A DNA stretch of 64,000 nucleotides from NCBI GenBank assembly GCA_051748045.1, contig JBNJGY010000001.1, positions 126,774 to 190,773 of the forward strand. Reading direction: 5' to 3'. This stretch comes from Thermotogota bacterium. GTDB lineage: Bacteria; Thermotogota; Thermotogae; Petrotogales; Petrotogaceae. How positions within the stretch are numbered: position 1 is the first letter of the stretch; every line of letters starts with the position of its first letter. Both the position numbers and the translations under genes were made by a program. Positions 49,235-57,569 of this stretch are shown in pieces. Under the pieces are notes generated by a model. The model did not search any database. It was not told the origin of the DNA and worked only from the letters and a program-made list of their open reading frames with translations.

Positions 49235-50242
49235 TTATCTATTTTTTTCTAAATTTTCTAAAATATCTATTTTATCAATAACCATGCCAGCGCCTCTTGC
49301 AACACATGTAAGAGGTTCCTCAGCTATCACTACTCTGATTAGGGTTTCTTTTTCAATTAACTCTTTCATACCCTTTAACATAGCTCCTCCACCAGCAAGA
49401 CATATTCCTTTATTTACTATATCTGATAATAGTTCTGGCGGTGTTGCCTCTACAGCTAATTTAATATTTTCTATTATTCTCATAACTGGTTTTTCTATTG
49501 CTTCTCTTATGCTTTCTCCTTTTAATTCAATATTTTTTGGTAACCCTGTTAATACATCTAGTCCGATTATATCCATTTTAAGATCATCATATTCATCTGT
49601 TGTAAATGTATTACCAATTTCCATTTTAATCCTTTCTGCAGTTTTTTCTCCGATTAATATATTATGTTTATTCTTAACATATTCCATAATACTTTCATCT
49701 ATTTCGTCTCCTGCAATCCTTATTGATTTAGATAAGACAATATTACCGAGAGATATAACAGCTATTTCTGTTGTTCCTCCACCAATATCAACAATCATAT
49801 TCCCTGATGCTTCCTCTACATCTAAACCTGCTCCAATAGCGGTTCCCATTGCTTCTTCTATCAAAAATGCCCTGTGCGCTCCCGCATCTAAAGCAGCTTC
49901 TTTTAAAGCACTTCTTTCAACTTCTGTAGCATCTGTAGGAATTCCAACAACAACAGTTGGCTTAAAAAAACTAAATTTTCCTACAGAAGAACTAATAAAG
50001 TGTTTCATCATTGCTAAGGCCACATCATAATCTGCAATTACTCCATCCTTAAGTGGTCTAATAGCTACAATGTTACTAGGTGTTTTTCCTATCATTTTTT
50101 TCGCTTCTATACCTACATGCAATATTTTCCCATTATTTTGATCAATTGCAATAACAGAAGGTTCATTTATAATTATACCTTTTCCTTTTGAATAAACTAA
50201 TGTATTAGCTGTTCCCAAGTCTATACCAAGATAAGTCCTCAT
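49235..50242 (-). CDS. mreB: Rod shape-determining protein MreB
   Basis: GIDLGTANT, RPLKDGVIAD, VDIGGGTTE and LAGGGA motifs. Confidence 0.97.
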   Translation of the reverse strand: MRTYLGIDLGTANTLVYSKGKGIIINEPSVIAIDQNNGKILHVGIEAKKMIGKTPSNIVAIRPLKDGVIADYDVALAMMKHFISSSVGKFSFFKPTVVVGIPTDATEVERSALKEAALDAGAHRAFLIEEAMGTAIGAGLDVEEASGNMIVDIGGGTTEIAVISLGNIVLSKSIRIAGDEIDESIMEYVKNKHNILIGEKTAERIKMEIGNTFTTDEYDDLKMDIIGLDVLTGLPKNIELKGESIREAIEKPVMRIIENIKLAVEATPPELLSDIVNKGICLAGGGAMLKGMKELIEKETLIRVVIAEEPLTCVARGAGMVIDKIDILENLEKNR

Positions 50243-50348
50243 TTTTGTCCTCCTTTTGTATTACATACAAAAACTATAAATTTCATTAATAGTATATCAC
50301 ATGTAGTAAAAATTGAAAATCTAGAAACACAATTTTAAAATCTATCTA

Positions 50349-50377
50349 TTGACAATAAAATAGAAAAAGAATATAAT
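50349..50377 (+). promoter_or_regulatory. Sigma70-type promoter of the XRE-speD-speE operon
   Basis: TTGACA (50349-50354), 17 nt, TATAAT (50372-50377). Confidence 0.85.
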
Positions 50378-50449
50378 TTTAAACGATATGTTTAATATAT
50401 AATACATTTTATGTTATTTTTCTTTTGTAAAACGCATCGGAGGTTAATT

Positions 50450-50986
50450 ATGGATATAGGCCAAAAATTAAAAAGCCTTAGAATTTCAAATAATATGACA
50501 CAAGAAGAGTTGGCTATTAGATCTGACCTTACTAGGGGATTTATATCACAGCTTGAAAGAAACTTAAGCTCTCCAACTATAGAGAATTTAGAATTAATTT
50601 TAAGGGCTTTGGGTACAGATTTAGTAGGTTTTTTTTCTAGTTTGAATGAACAAGAAAAAGTCGTGTACAAAAAATCTGAAAGAATACCTATATATGATAG
50701 TCCAAATGGTGTTAAAGAACAGTTACTAATGACAAAAACAGAACCTAAGAAAATAGAACCTTCTATTTTATCTTTAAAACCTGGTTCATCTACTGAAATA
50801 GAAGAATCTCATGAAGGTTTTGAGTTTGGGTATATTACTAAAGGTAAAATTGAGATTTATTTGGATGATTTAAAATATAAAGCATCCGAAGGAGAATGTT
50901 TTTTCTTCAAGTCAAACAAAAGACATTATATAAAAAATTATCAAAAAAATAATAGTTCAGAAATTTTATGGATTGAAATATATTAG
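50450..50986 (+). CDS. XRE-cupin transcriptional regulator (PuuR-like)
   Basis: IGQKLKSLR..MTQEELA..SDLTRGFISQLER HTH and cupin HEGFEFGYITKG; ATG 50450 behind SD GGAGG. Confidence 0.9.
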   Translation: MDIGQKLKSLRISNNMTQEELAIRSDLTRGFISQLERNLSSPTIENLELILRALGTDLVGFFSSLNEQEKVVYKKSERIPIYDSPNGVKEQLLMTKTEPKKIEPSILSLKPGSSTEIEESHEGFEFGYITKGKIEIYLDDLKYKASEGECFFFKSNKRHYIKNYQKNNSSEILWIEIY

Positions 50987-50997
50987 GAGGGAAAATA

Positions 50998-51399
50998 ATG
51001 GATAAATCTTTAGGAAGACATTTAATAGCAGAATTTTATAATTGTGATAAAGATGTTTTAGATATAGTTGAAGATGTAGAATACCATATGAAAAAAGCTG
51101 CAATTTCAACTGGAGCGACAATTGTAACTTCAACTTTTCATAGATTTTTACCGCATGGGGTTAGTGGTGCAGTCATAGTTTCTGAATCACATTTAGCTAT
51201 TCACACATGGCCTGAATATGGTTACGCATCAATAGATCTTTTTACTTGCGGAGATGAAGTTAATCCTTGGCTGGCTTTTGACTATTTGAAAGAAGCTTTC
51301 AATTCTTTAAGAACTGAAGTAAAAGAACATAAAAGAGGAATTTATAGAGAAATTGGTGTCCCTGAAAATTCTTCTCATAAAACCGAGGTGGTAAAATGA
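50998..51399 (+). CDS. speD: S-adenosylmethionine decarboxylase proenzyme (class 1B)
   Basis: LGRHLIAE and GVSGAVIVSESHLAIHTWPE (ES self-cleavage site), DLFTCG. Confidence 0.96.
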   Translation: MDKSLGRHLIAEFYNCDKDVLDIVEDVEYHMKKAAISTGATIVTSTFHRFLPHGVSGAVIVSESHLAIHTWPEYGYASIDLFTCGDEVNPWLAFDYLKEAFNSLRTEVKEHKRGIYREIGVPENSSHKTEVVK

Positions 51400-52256
51400 A
51401 TTTAAAAACTGGAGATCATATTTGGTTTAATGAATATAATCCTGGAAATACCTCAGGAGTTTTTTATAAAATTAATAAATTCTTACATTCAGAACAATCA
51501 GAATATCAAAGAATTGATGTTTTTGAAACACCTGAATTTGGCAGAGTTTTTACTCTAGATGGATTAACTATGACTAGAGAAGCTGACGAGTTTATCTATC
51601 ATGAGATGATAACTCATGTTCCTATGTTTATCTCTAAAAACCCAAAAAAAGTTTTAATCATTGGTGGTGGAGATGGCGGAACTGCTAGAGAAGTTTTAAA
51701 GCACGATTCTGTGGAAGAGGTAATAATGTGTGAAATCGATGAAAGGGTTATGGAGGTGGCAAGAGAATTTTTGCCTACTACATCAATAGAGTTTGATAAT
51801 CCAAAACTTAAACTAGTTGCAGAAGATGGGGCAAAATTTATTAAAAATTATAATAGTTATTTTGATGTTATTATAATAGATTCTACTGATCCGACAGAAG
51901 GTGAAGGTGGTCTTCTTTTTACAGAAGAGTTTTATCAATCTTGTTATGATGCTTTAAATGAAAATGGAGTTTTTTCTGCTGAAACAGAAGATCCTTTTAT
52001 TCACCACAAATGGATGCATTTAGCATTCAATAGAATTAAAAATGTTTTTAATAACACAAAATTATATATGGGTTTTGTTCCACAATATCCACCTGGTACT
52101 TGGTCTTGGACATTTGCTTCAAAGGGTTTGGACCCAATAAAAGACTTTAACCCTGAAAAAATAAAAGATTTTAACAAAGAACTAAAATACTATAACGAAG
52201 AAATACATGTGGGTTGTTTTTCTTTACCTAATTTCGTTAAAGATATAATAAAATAA
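51396..52256 (+). CDS. speE: Polyamine aminopropyltransferase (spermidine synthase)
   Basis: SEYQRI, LDG, DEFIYHEM, VLIIGGGDGG and DVIIIDSTDP motifs. Confidence 0.96.
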   Translation: MNLKTGDHIWFNEYNPGNTSGVFYKINKFLHSEQSEYQRIDVFETPEFGRVFTLDGLTMTREADEFIYHEMITHVPMFISKNPKKVLIIGGGDGGTAREVLKHDSVEEVIMCEIDERVMEVAREFLPTTSIEFDNPKLKLVAEDGAKFIKNYNSYFDVIIIDSTDPTEGEGGLLFTEEFYQSCYDALNENGVFSAETEDPFIHHKWMHLAFNRIKNVFNNTKLYMGFVPQYPPGTWSWTFASKGLDPIKDFNPEKIKDFNKELKYYNEEIHVGCFSLPNFVKDIIK

Positions 52257-52281
52257 TGGAGCTTAAGCTCCATTATTTTAT
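52248..52281. terminator. Bidirectional terminator (perfect 34-bp palindrome)
   Basis: ATAAAATAATGGAGCTT|AAGCTCCATTATTTTAT between speE and the GH1 gene. Confidence 0.8.
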
Positions 52282-53541
52282 GAATTTTAAAAAAGATTCA
52301 GAAATATTATTTTTATTAGCAATTTTTGAATAAATTTCTCCAGAATTTCTTAATATCAAGATATTATTATTATAATCTGTTTTATAAAGCCCAAATCTCA
52401 TAGATAAGCCTTCAATCCACTCAAAATTATCCATCAAAGACCAATGCATATATCCAATAATTTTTATATTTTTTTTAATAGCGTAATGTATTTTTTCTAA
52501 GGTTAATAAAATATACCTTGTTCTATAACGATCTTCAGAGTCAGCAATTCCGTTTTCAGTTATCATTATAGGTATATCATATTTTGAAAATCTTTCTAAT
52601 ACTTCTTCTATTCCCTCTGGATAAAATTCCCAACCAATATCAGTCAAATGGTTAGATTTTGTTTTTATATCAAATTTTTTCTCTTTATGGTATTTTATAT
52701 ACCTTTTAGTGTAATAATTAATACCTAAAAAATCTAAATCAGAATTATATTCTAAAGATTCTTTTTCTCCAAAAGGGGGTAATATTTTTTGTTTAACTAT
52801 TGAATCCACAAAAGTATGATCAAAAAGTTCCCTAATTCTATTTGCAGCAATTTTATCTTTCATTGACATTCTTGAATATGGTTCATAAACTGATGTGTGT
52901 TTAGCTATTGAAATTTTACTGTATGGTTCCATTTTTTTTATCATATTATATGTTTTATCATACATTATAAGTAAGTTTTTACCAACTTCATATGCCTCTT
53001 TTATATTTTTTTCTCCTGGGGGCCACTCTCCAAATAAATAACCCTGAGTTAAATATACCATAGGTTCGTTTATTATAATATAATATTGAACCATTCCTTT
53101 TAATTCTTTTACTATTCTATGTACATAATTTGTAAAATACTTTATATTTTCAACTTTTGAAAATCCACCCATTTCTAAAAACCATATTGGTAAAGAAAAA
53201 TGAAAAAGAGTTACAATAGGTTCTATATTTCTTTTTTTTAACTCTCTTATCATATTTTTATATCTTTCAATTTCTTTGTTATTAAAATCCCCTTTTTTTG
53301 TTTCTATCTTAGCCCATTCAATTGAAAAACGATAAGAATTTAAATTTAATTCATTTAACTTATCAATATCTCTCATATAGTACTTTTCTGATAAACAAGC
53401 TTTTTCAGAGCTACTTCCATCTTTTATTTTACCCTTTTTTTCCCACTGATACCAGTCGGAACCATAGTTAAATCCTTCTATTTGATGTGCAGCTGTCGCA
53501 GCCCCCCATAAAAAATCTTTTGGAAATGATAAACCCTCCAT
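52273..53541 (-). CDS. Glycoside hydrolase family 1 (beta-glycosidase)
   Basis: FPKDFLWGAATAAHQIEG, YRFSIEW, acid/base INEP, nucleophile ITENG and WSLMDNFEW. Confidence 0.95.
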   Translation of the reverse strand: MEGLSFPKDFLWGAATAAHQIEGFNYGSDWYQWEKKGKIKDGSSSEKACLSEKYYMRDIDKLNELNLNSYRFSIEWAKIETKKGDFNNKEIERYKNMIRELKKRNIEPIVTLFHFSLPIWFLEMGGFSKVENIKYFTNYVHRIVKELKGMVQYYIIINEPMVYLTQGYLFGEWPPGEKNIKEAYEVGKNLLIMYDKTYNMIKKMEPYSKISIAKHTSVYEPYSRMSMKDKIAANRIRELFDHTFVDSIVKQKILPPFGEKESLEYNSDLDFLGINYYTKRYIKYHKEKKFDIKTKSNHLTDIGWEFYPEGIEEVLERFSKYDIPIMITENGIADSEDRYRTRYILLTLEKIHYAIKKNIKIIGYMHWSLMDNFEWIEGLSMRFGLYKTDYNNNILILRNSGEIYSKIANKNNISESFLKFIK

Positions 53542-53550
53542 AAAATCACC

Positions 53551-54915
53551 TCATTGAGAAGATAATTTATATAATTCTTTTTTAAGTACCTTGGATAGCC
53601 AAATTGCCAACAAAGTAAAAGAAAAAATTTCTGATATTGGAAACGCAAACCAAACTGCATTTAATCCAAATATCTCACCCAATAAATACATTGTTGGTAA
53701 TAAAACTATTATTTGTCTTAAAAAAGATATTATTAAACTCGGTAATCCTCTTCCAATAGCTTGGAAAGTTCCTACACCTACTATTTGAAGCCCCACTATT
53801 GGAAAGGTAATACTTATGATTTTTAAAGCTCTAGCTCCAATTTCTCTTAATTCTTTATTATCATTAAACATCATAATAAGTTGTTCTGGAAAAAATTGAA
53901 ACAACAAAAAACCAAAAGTCGTAATTGATAAACCTGATAAAAGGCCTATTTTTATAGCTTTTTTAACTCTTTCAGGATTCTTATGCCCATAATTATATCC
54001 AACTATTGGAACATAACCTTGGTTTAACCCAAAAACAGGCATAAAAATAAACGACTGTAGCCTAAAGAAAATACCTACAACGGCTATTGCATTTGGATTA
54101 AACTGCCCTACTATTTTATTAGCTCCAGCTATCATAACACTTGCTAACATTTGCATAAACATTGCTGGCAATCCAACTATATAAATTCCCTTTATAATAC
54201 TAAATTCAGGTTTAAAGTATTTTAAATTGAACTTTATTTTGTTATCAGCTCCAAATAGCATTAATAAAACAAAAGACCCACTTATTAGCCTAGCAATTAC
54301 AGTTGCATATGCTGCTCCTTTTATTCCCATTTCAGGAAATATCCAAAGACCATATATTAGAAAAGGATCTAAAATTATATTAATCACAGCTCCTAAAATT
54401 AAAGCTAACATTGGATAAAAAGTATTTCCTTCACCTCTTAAAATACTGTTACCAATTATTGGTAAAAACATGCTTATAGATCCAATGAAGATTATGCTAA
54501 TATAATCCGCACCCATTTGAATTAAAGTTGGATTCTCAACAAAAATTCTTATTAATTTACCAGATAACGTAAATCCAACTATTGCCACTAAGACTCCATA
54601 AATAGCTGTTAGAAGCAAAGCATTTTCAGCTGTTTTATTTGCTTTTATTTCTTTTCCTTCACCTAAAGAACGGGATATTAAAGAAGTTGTCCCAACTCCA
54701 GTTCCAACAGCTATGGATATTAGTATCATTTGATACGGAAATGCTAATGATAAAGCTGATAACGCTTCTTTACTAAATTGTCCTATATAAATGCTATCTA
54801 TTACATTGTACAAGGCTTGTACTAGCATTCCAATTATCCCGGGAATCGATAAACTAACTAATAAAGGGAAAATTGGTTTAGTAGCTAAATTTTTTGAATT
54901 GTCAACTTTTTTCAA
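53551..54915 (-). CDS. MATE family efflux transporter
   Basis: LYNVIDSIYIG, ILRGEGNT, NIILDPFLI and GIKGAAYATVIA motifs; about 12 TM segments. Confidence 0.93.
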   Translation of the reverse strand: MKKVDNSKNLATKPIFPLLVSLSIPGIIGMLVQALYNVIDSIYIGQFSKEALSALSLAFPYQMILISIAVGTGVGTTSLISRSLGEGKEIKANKTAENALLLTAIYGVLVAIVGFTLSGKLIRIFVENPTLIQMGADYISIIFIGSISMFLPIIGNSILRGEGNTFYPMLALILGAVINIILDPFLIYGLWIFPEMGIKGAAYATVIARLISGSFVLLMLFGADNKIKFNLKYFKPEFSIIKGIYIVGLPAMFMQMLASVMIAGANKIVGQFNPNAIAVVGIFFRLQSFIFMPVFGLNQGYVPIVGYNYGHKNPERVKKAIKIGLLSGLSITTFGFLLFQFFPEQLIMMFNDNKELREIGARALKIISITFPIVGLQIVGVGTFQAIGRGLPSLIISFLRQIIVLLPTMYLLGEIFGLNAVWFAFPISEIFSFTLLAIWLSKVLKKELYKLSSQ

Positions 54916-55101
54916 AATATATTTCCTCCTGCATTAATTCTTCTTTTAATTATTTTTCCATCATTATATAATAACATAATGATTAAGTTTTTATAAATTG
55001 AAAGCCATTTTATATCGAAGTAGATGAAAGCTTGAGATTGTAAATTTTTATATGTTTTTAAATTTAGATTAAAAACAATTTCAAAATATGAAAATATAAA
55101 T

Positions 55102-55130
55102 AAAAAAAGGATAGAATAAATTCTATCCTT
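55102..55130 (-). terminator. Terminator after tRNA-Leu(CAA)
   Basis: Minus strand AAGGATAGAA-ttta-TTCTATCCTTTTTTT. Confidence 0.8.
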
Positions 55131-55134
55131 CACT

Positions 55135-55223
55135 TGGTGCCGAGGGCGGGACTCGAACCCGCACGAGGTATTAGCCCCAATGGATTTTGAGTCCATCGCG
55201 TCTGCCAATTCCGCCACCTCGGC
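55135..55223 (-). tRNA. tRNA-Leu (anticodon CAA)
   Basis: Minus strand GCCGAGG...CCTCGGCACCA, anticodon arm ATGGA-CTCAAAA-TCCAT, long variable arm, GGTTCGAGTCC. Confidence 0.97.
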
Positions 55224-55237
55224 TTAATCCAAGAATG

Positions 55238-55266
55238 ATTATACTATAAAAATCATTTAATGTCAA
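55238..55266 (-). promoter_or_regulatory. Sigma70-type promoter of tRNA-Leu(CAA)
   Basis: Minus strand TTGACA (55266-55261), 17 nt, TATAAT (55243-55238). Confidence 0.88.
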
Positions 55267-55269
55267 TAA

Positions 55270-56841
55270 TTATTTTGTCTTTAGGTATTCAAGAATATTT
55301 ATTAACAATTGCTTGTTATCTCCCCAACTTAACCCATCATGTAATATATTTCCTGCTGCTCCAGTTCCATCATCAAAAGTAGAAGAGTCTGAATAAGCAA
55401 TAATCATTTTCTTTTCATTTAATACAAGCAAAGGCTTATAGTCTCTGTCCCAAATTAAAGTTTCATAAGAATCATCAACTTCAAATGAAGTTCCATTCCA
55501 TACACCAATTTCTTTTACATCTTCTGTTATAGCATGAGCCTTGATATTTTTTATTGGGGCTTGTTCTATATTATCTCCAACTAATTCTAAATTATAATTT
55601 GATAAAAATGAATTAAATATTCTAACAGAATCCCATCCATCTCCATTTCTATCTGCTCCACCATGATCAGAAACAATGAATAATTCTCCATTATTTTGTA
55701 AAAATTCATGAATTGCATTTAACTCTTCCTCGTTATATTTTACATTTGGTTCCACAATAACTAATGTATCAAATAAAGAAAGAATTTCTATATTAAAATT
55801 TTCTTTCATAGAAAATAAATTTAAACCTAAGTCCTGGGATATATCTTTAAAATCAGAGTAGCCTCCATCTAAAACCCAATTAGCATTTCCTGCTTTTTGC
55901 CCATGTGATTCGTCAAAAATAATATTATTTTTAATTCTATTTTCATCTTTAAGTTCTAAAACTCGCATATTTAAATTATTATCTTTTAGATCTTTTATAA
56001 ACCTTAAAAATAATCTATTATTTTTGATTTTTTGTTCTGTGTTTATTACTAATATTCTATCTTCTAATAGAAATTCAATATTCTCAATTTCATTGTTTAA
56101 TATTCTTACGTTTGTACCTACTTTTAAATTTCTATCTATGCTTTCATTAAACAATATTTTTATTTGTTTCTCTCCTGTAATTGAATAATGTTGTACTTCG
56201 GGAGGAAAAATATCTTCAACAATTAAATCATTAATATCTCTAGGCTGAATTTCTTTTTTTGATAAATATTGGGCTAATACCCCAGTTATTTCTATTTCTA
56301 GGCCTTCTTTAAGATATTCTGGTCTTATTCCATTATTTTCTCTAATCCATAATATACCCTTACCAGTTTCATCCTCGATAATTATCTCTTGTCCCATGTT
56401 GTTTATTATATTTGCATCTAAATGAACTAAAGATCCTTCTAACTCTTCCTTTTTTATATCTTCCACAGAAATTTCTTTTGCCTCGACTTTTTTTGCATCT
56501 TTTTCCAAAATTTTGATTTCATGGTTTTTATTATCAGTTTCTAACACTATTTCTAAATTAGATTTATGATTCCAAGTGTAACCAGTTACTTCTATTAAAT
56601 CATTTCTTTGAATATTTAGATTGGAAATATCTTTTCCTTGAGTATAAATGTTAATTCCATACCCATCTTTTTCTATAAAAAATAAATTATTGGCAAAAGG
56701 ACCAGGTTCTAGAGTGACATAACCTTCTACAGTTACTGGGCTTAAAATGCTTATTTCTCTTGCTTCTTTAATGGACATTTTTGCACTGAAAGAAAAAATG
56801 AAAAGAAATAAAAACAACAATAATAAAAATGATTTTTTCAC
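55270..56841 (-). CDS. Exported protein with two OB-fold-like domains, an Ig-like domain and a C-terminal class I GATase-like (DUF4350-type) domain
   Basis: Signal peptide; VTVEGYVT...FFIE...GINIY and IEDETG...ITGVLAQY...EIQPRD OB-type strands; IIFDESHGQ...GGYSDF...LVIVEPN. Confidence 0.6.
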   Translation of the reverse strand: MKKSFLLLLFLFLFIFSFSAKMSIKEAREISILSPVTVEGYVTLEPGPFANNLFFIEKDGYGINIYTQGKDISNLNIQRNDLIEVTGYTWNHKSNLEIVLETDNKNHEIKILEKDAKKVEAKEISVEDIKKEELEGSLVHLDANIINNMGQEIIIEDETGKGILWIRENNGIRPEYLKEGLEIEITGVLAQYLSKKEIQPRDINDLIVEDIFPPEVQHYSITGEKQIKILFNESIDRNLKVGTNVRILNNEIENIEFLLEDRILVINTEQKIKNNRLFLRFIKDLKDNNLNMRVLELKDENRIKNNIIFDESHGQKAGNANWVLDGGYSDFKDISQDLGLNLFSMKENFNIEILSLFDTLVIVEPNVKYNEEELNAIHEFLQNNGELFIVSDHGGADRNGDGWDSVRIFNSFLSNYNLELVGDNIEQAPIKNIKAHAITEDVKEIGVWNGTSFEVDDSYETLIWDRDYKPLLVLNEKKMIIAYSDSSTFDDGTGAAGNILHDGLSWGDNKQLLINILEYLKTK

Positions 56842-56909
56842 GCAAATCATCTCCTGTAATTTTATTTTTATATATTTAATATATAATTATTTAAATGAGG
56901 GGTGATAAT

Positions 56910-57569
56910 ATGTCTTTAAAAAATGTTATTAGTCCTGTTATGATAGGGCCCTCAAGCTCTCATACGGCAGGTGCATTAAGAATAGCAAAATTTGCTTATA
57001 ACTATATTGGAAATATCCCACAAAAAGTAGAATTCCAATTGCATGGTTCTTTTGCTGACACTTATGTAGGACATGGTACAGATAGAGCTTTATTAGGAGG
57101 AATGCTAGGCTATGAAGTAGATGACATTAGAATTAGAGATTCTTATAAAACAGTTAAAGATATTAATCTAGAATATTCATTTGTAAGTGAGGATTTAGGT
57201 GAAGTTCATCCAAACACTTTGAAAATTTTAGCCACTTATAATGATATAGATTACTCTATTACAGGATCTTCTATTGGAGCAGGTAAAATTGAAATTATTG
57301 AAATAGACGGAACATTAACAAAACTAAATTGCTCAAAACCTACAATTGTTATTACAAACAAAGATAAACCTGGAGTTTTACAAAAAGTTTTGGCTACTAT
57401 TTCAAATCATAGAATAAACATAGCGAATATAAATCTTAATAGAGTTTCAAAATATCTAAATGAAGCAGTTTGTATCATTGAATTAGATAATAATCCAGGT
57501 TTGATATTGCTAACTGAGATTAAAAACATAGATCATATTATTAGTAGTAAATTTATTCCAAAAATTTAA
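56910..57569 (+). CDS. sdaAB: L-serine dehydratase, Fe-S dependent, beta subunit
   Basis: PVMIGPSSSHTAGA, GSFADTYVGHGTDRAL, HPNT and GSSIGAG motifs; C-terminal ACT domain (DKPGV). Confidence 0.95.
   Translation: MSLKNVISPVMIGPSSSHTAGALRIAKFAYNYIGNIPQKVEFQLHGSFADTYVGHGTDRALLGGMLGYEVDDIRIRDSYKTVKDINLEYSFVSEDLGEVHPNTLKILATYNDIDYSITGSSIGAGKIEIIEIDGTLTKLNCSKPTIVITNKDKPGVLQKVLATISNHRINIANINLNRVSKYLNEAVCIIELDNNPGLILLTEIKNIDHIISSKFIPKI

Noticed and set aside
49284..50030. 248-aa plus-strand ORF
   Set aside because: Antisense shadow of mreB caused by codon bias; no motif or SD.
54916..55100. Possible riboswitch upstream of the MATE gene
   Set aside because: The sequence is AT-rich, with no conserved aptamer core (fluoride, FMN, SAM, purine) that I can recognise and no expression-platform hairpin.
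54912..55217. 101-aa ORF MAELADAMDSKS...
   Set aside because: It is a translation of tRNA-Leu(CAA) and its terminator, a classic spurious tRNA ORF.
25048..55223. Similar inverted sequences at 25048-25136 and 55135-55223 as ends of an invertible or mobile segment
   Set aside because: They are two tRNA-Leu isoacceptors with different anticodon and variable arms, each with its own promoter and terminator; the enclosed genes are core.
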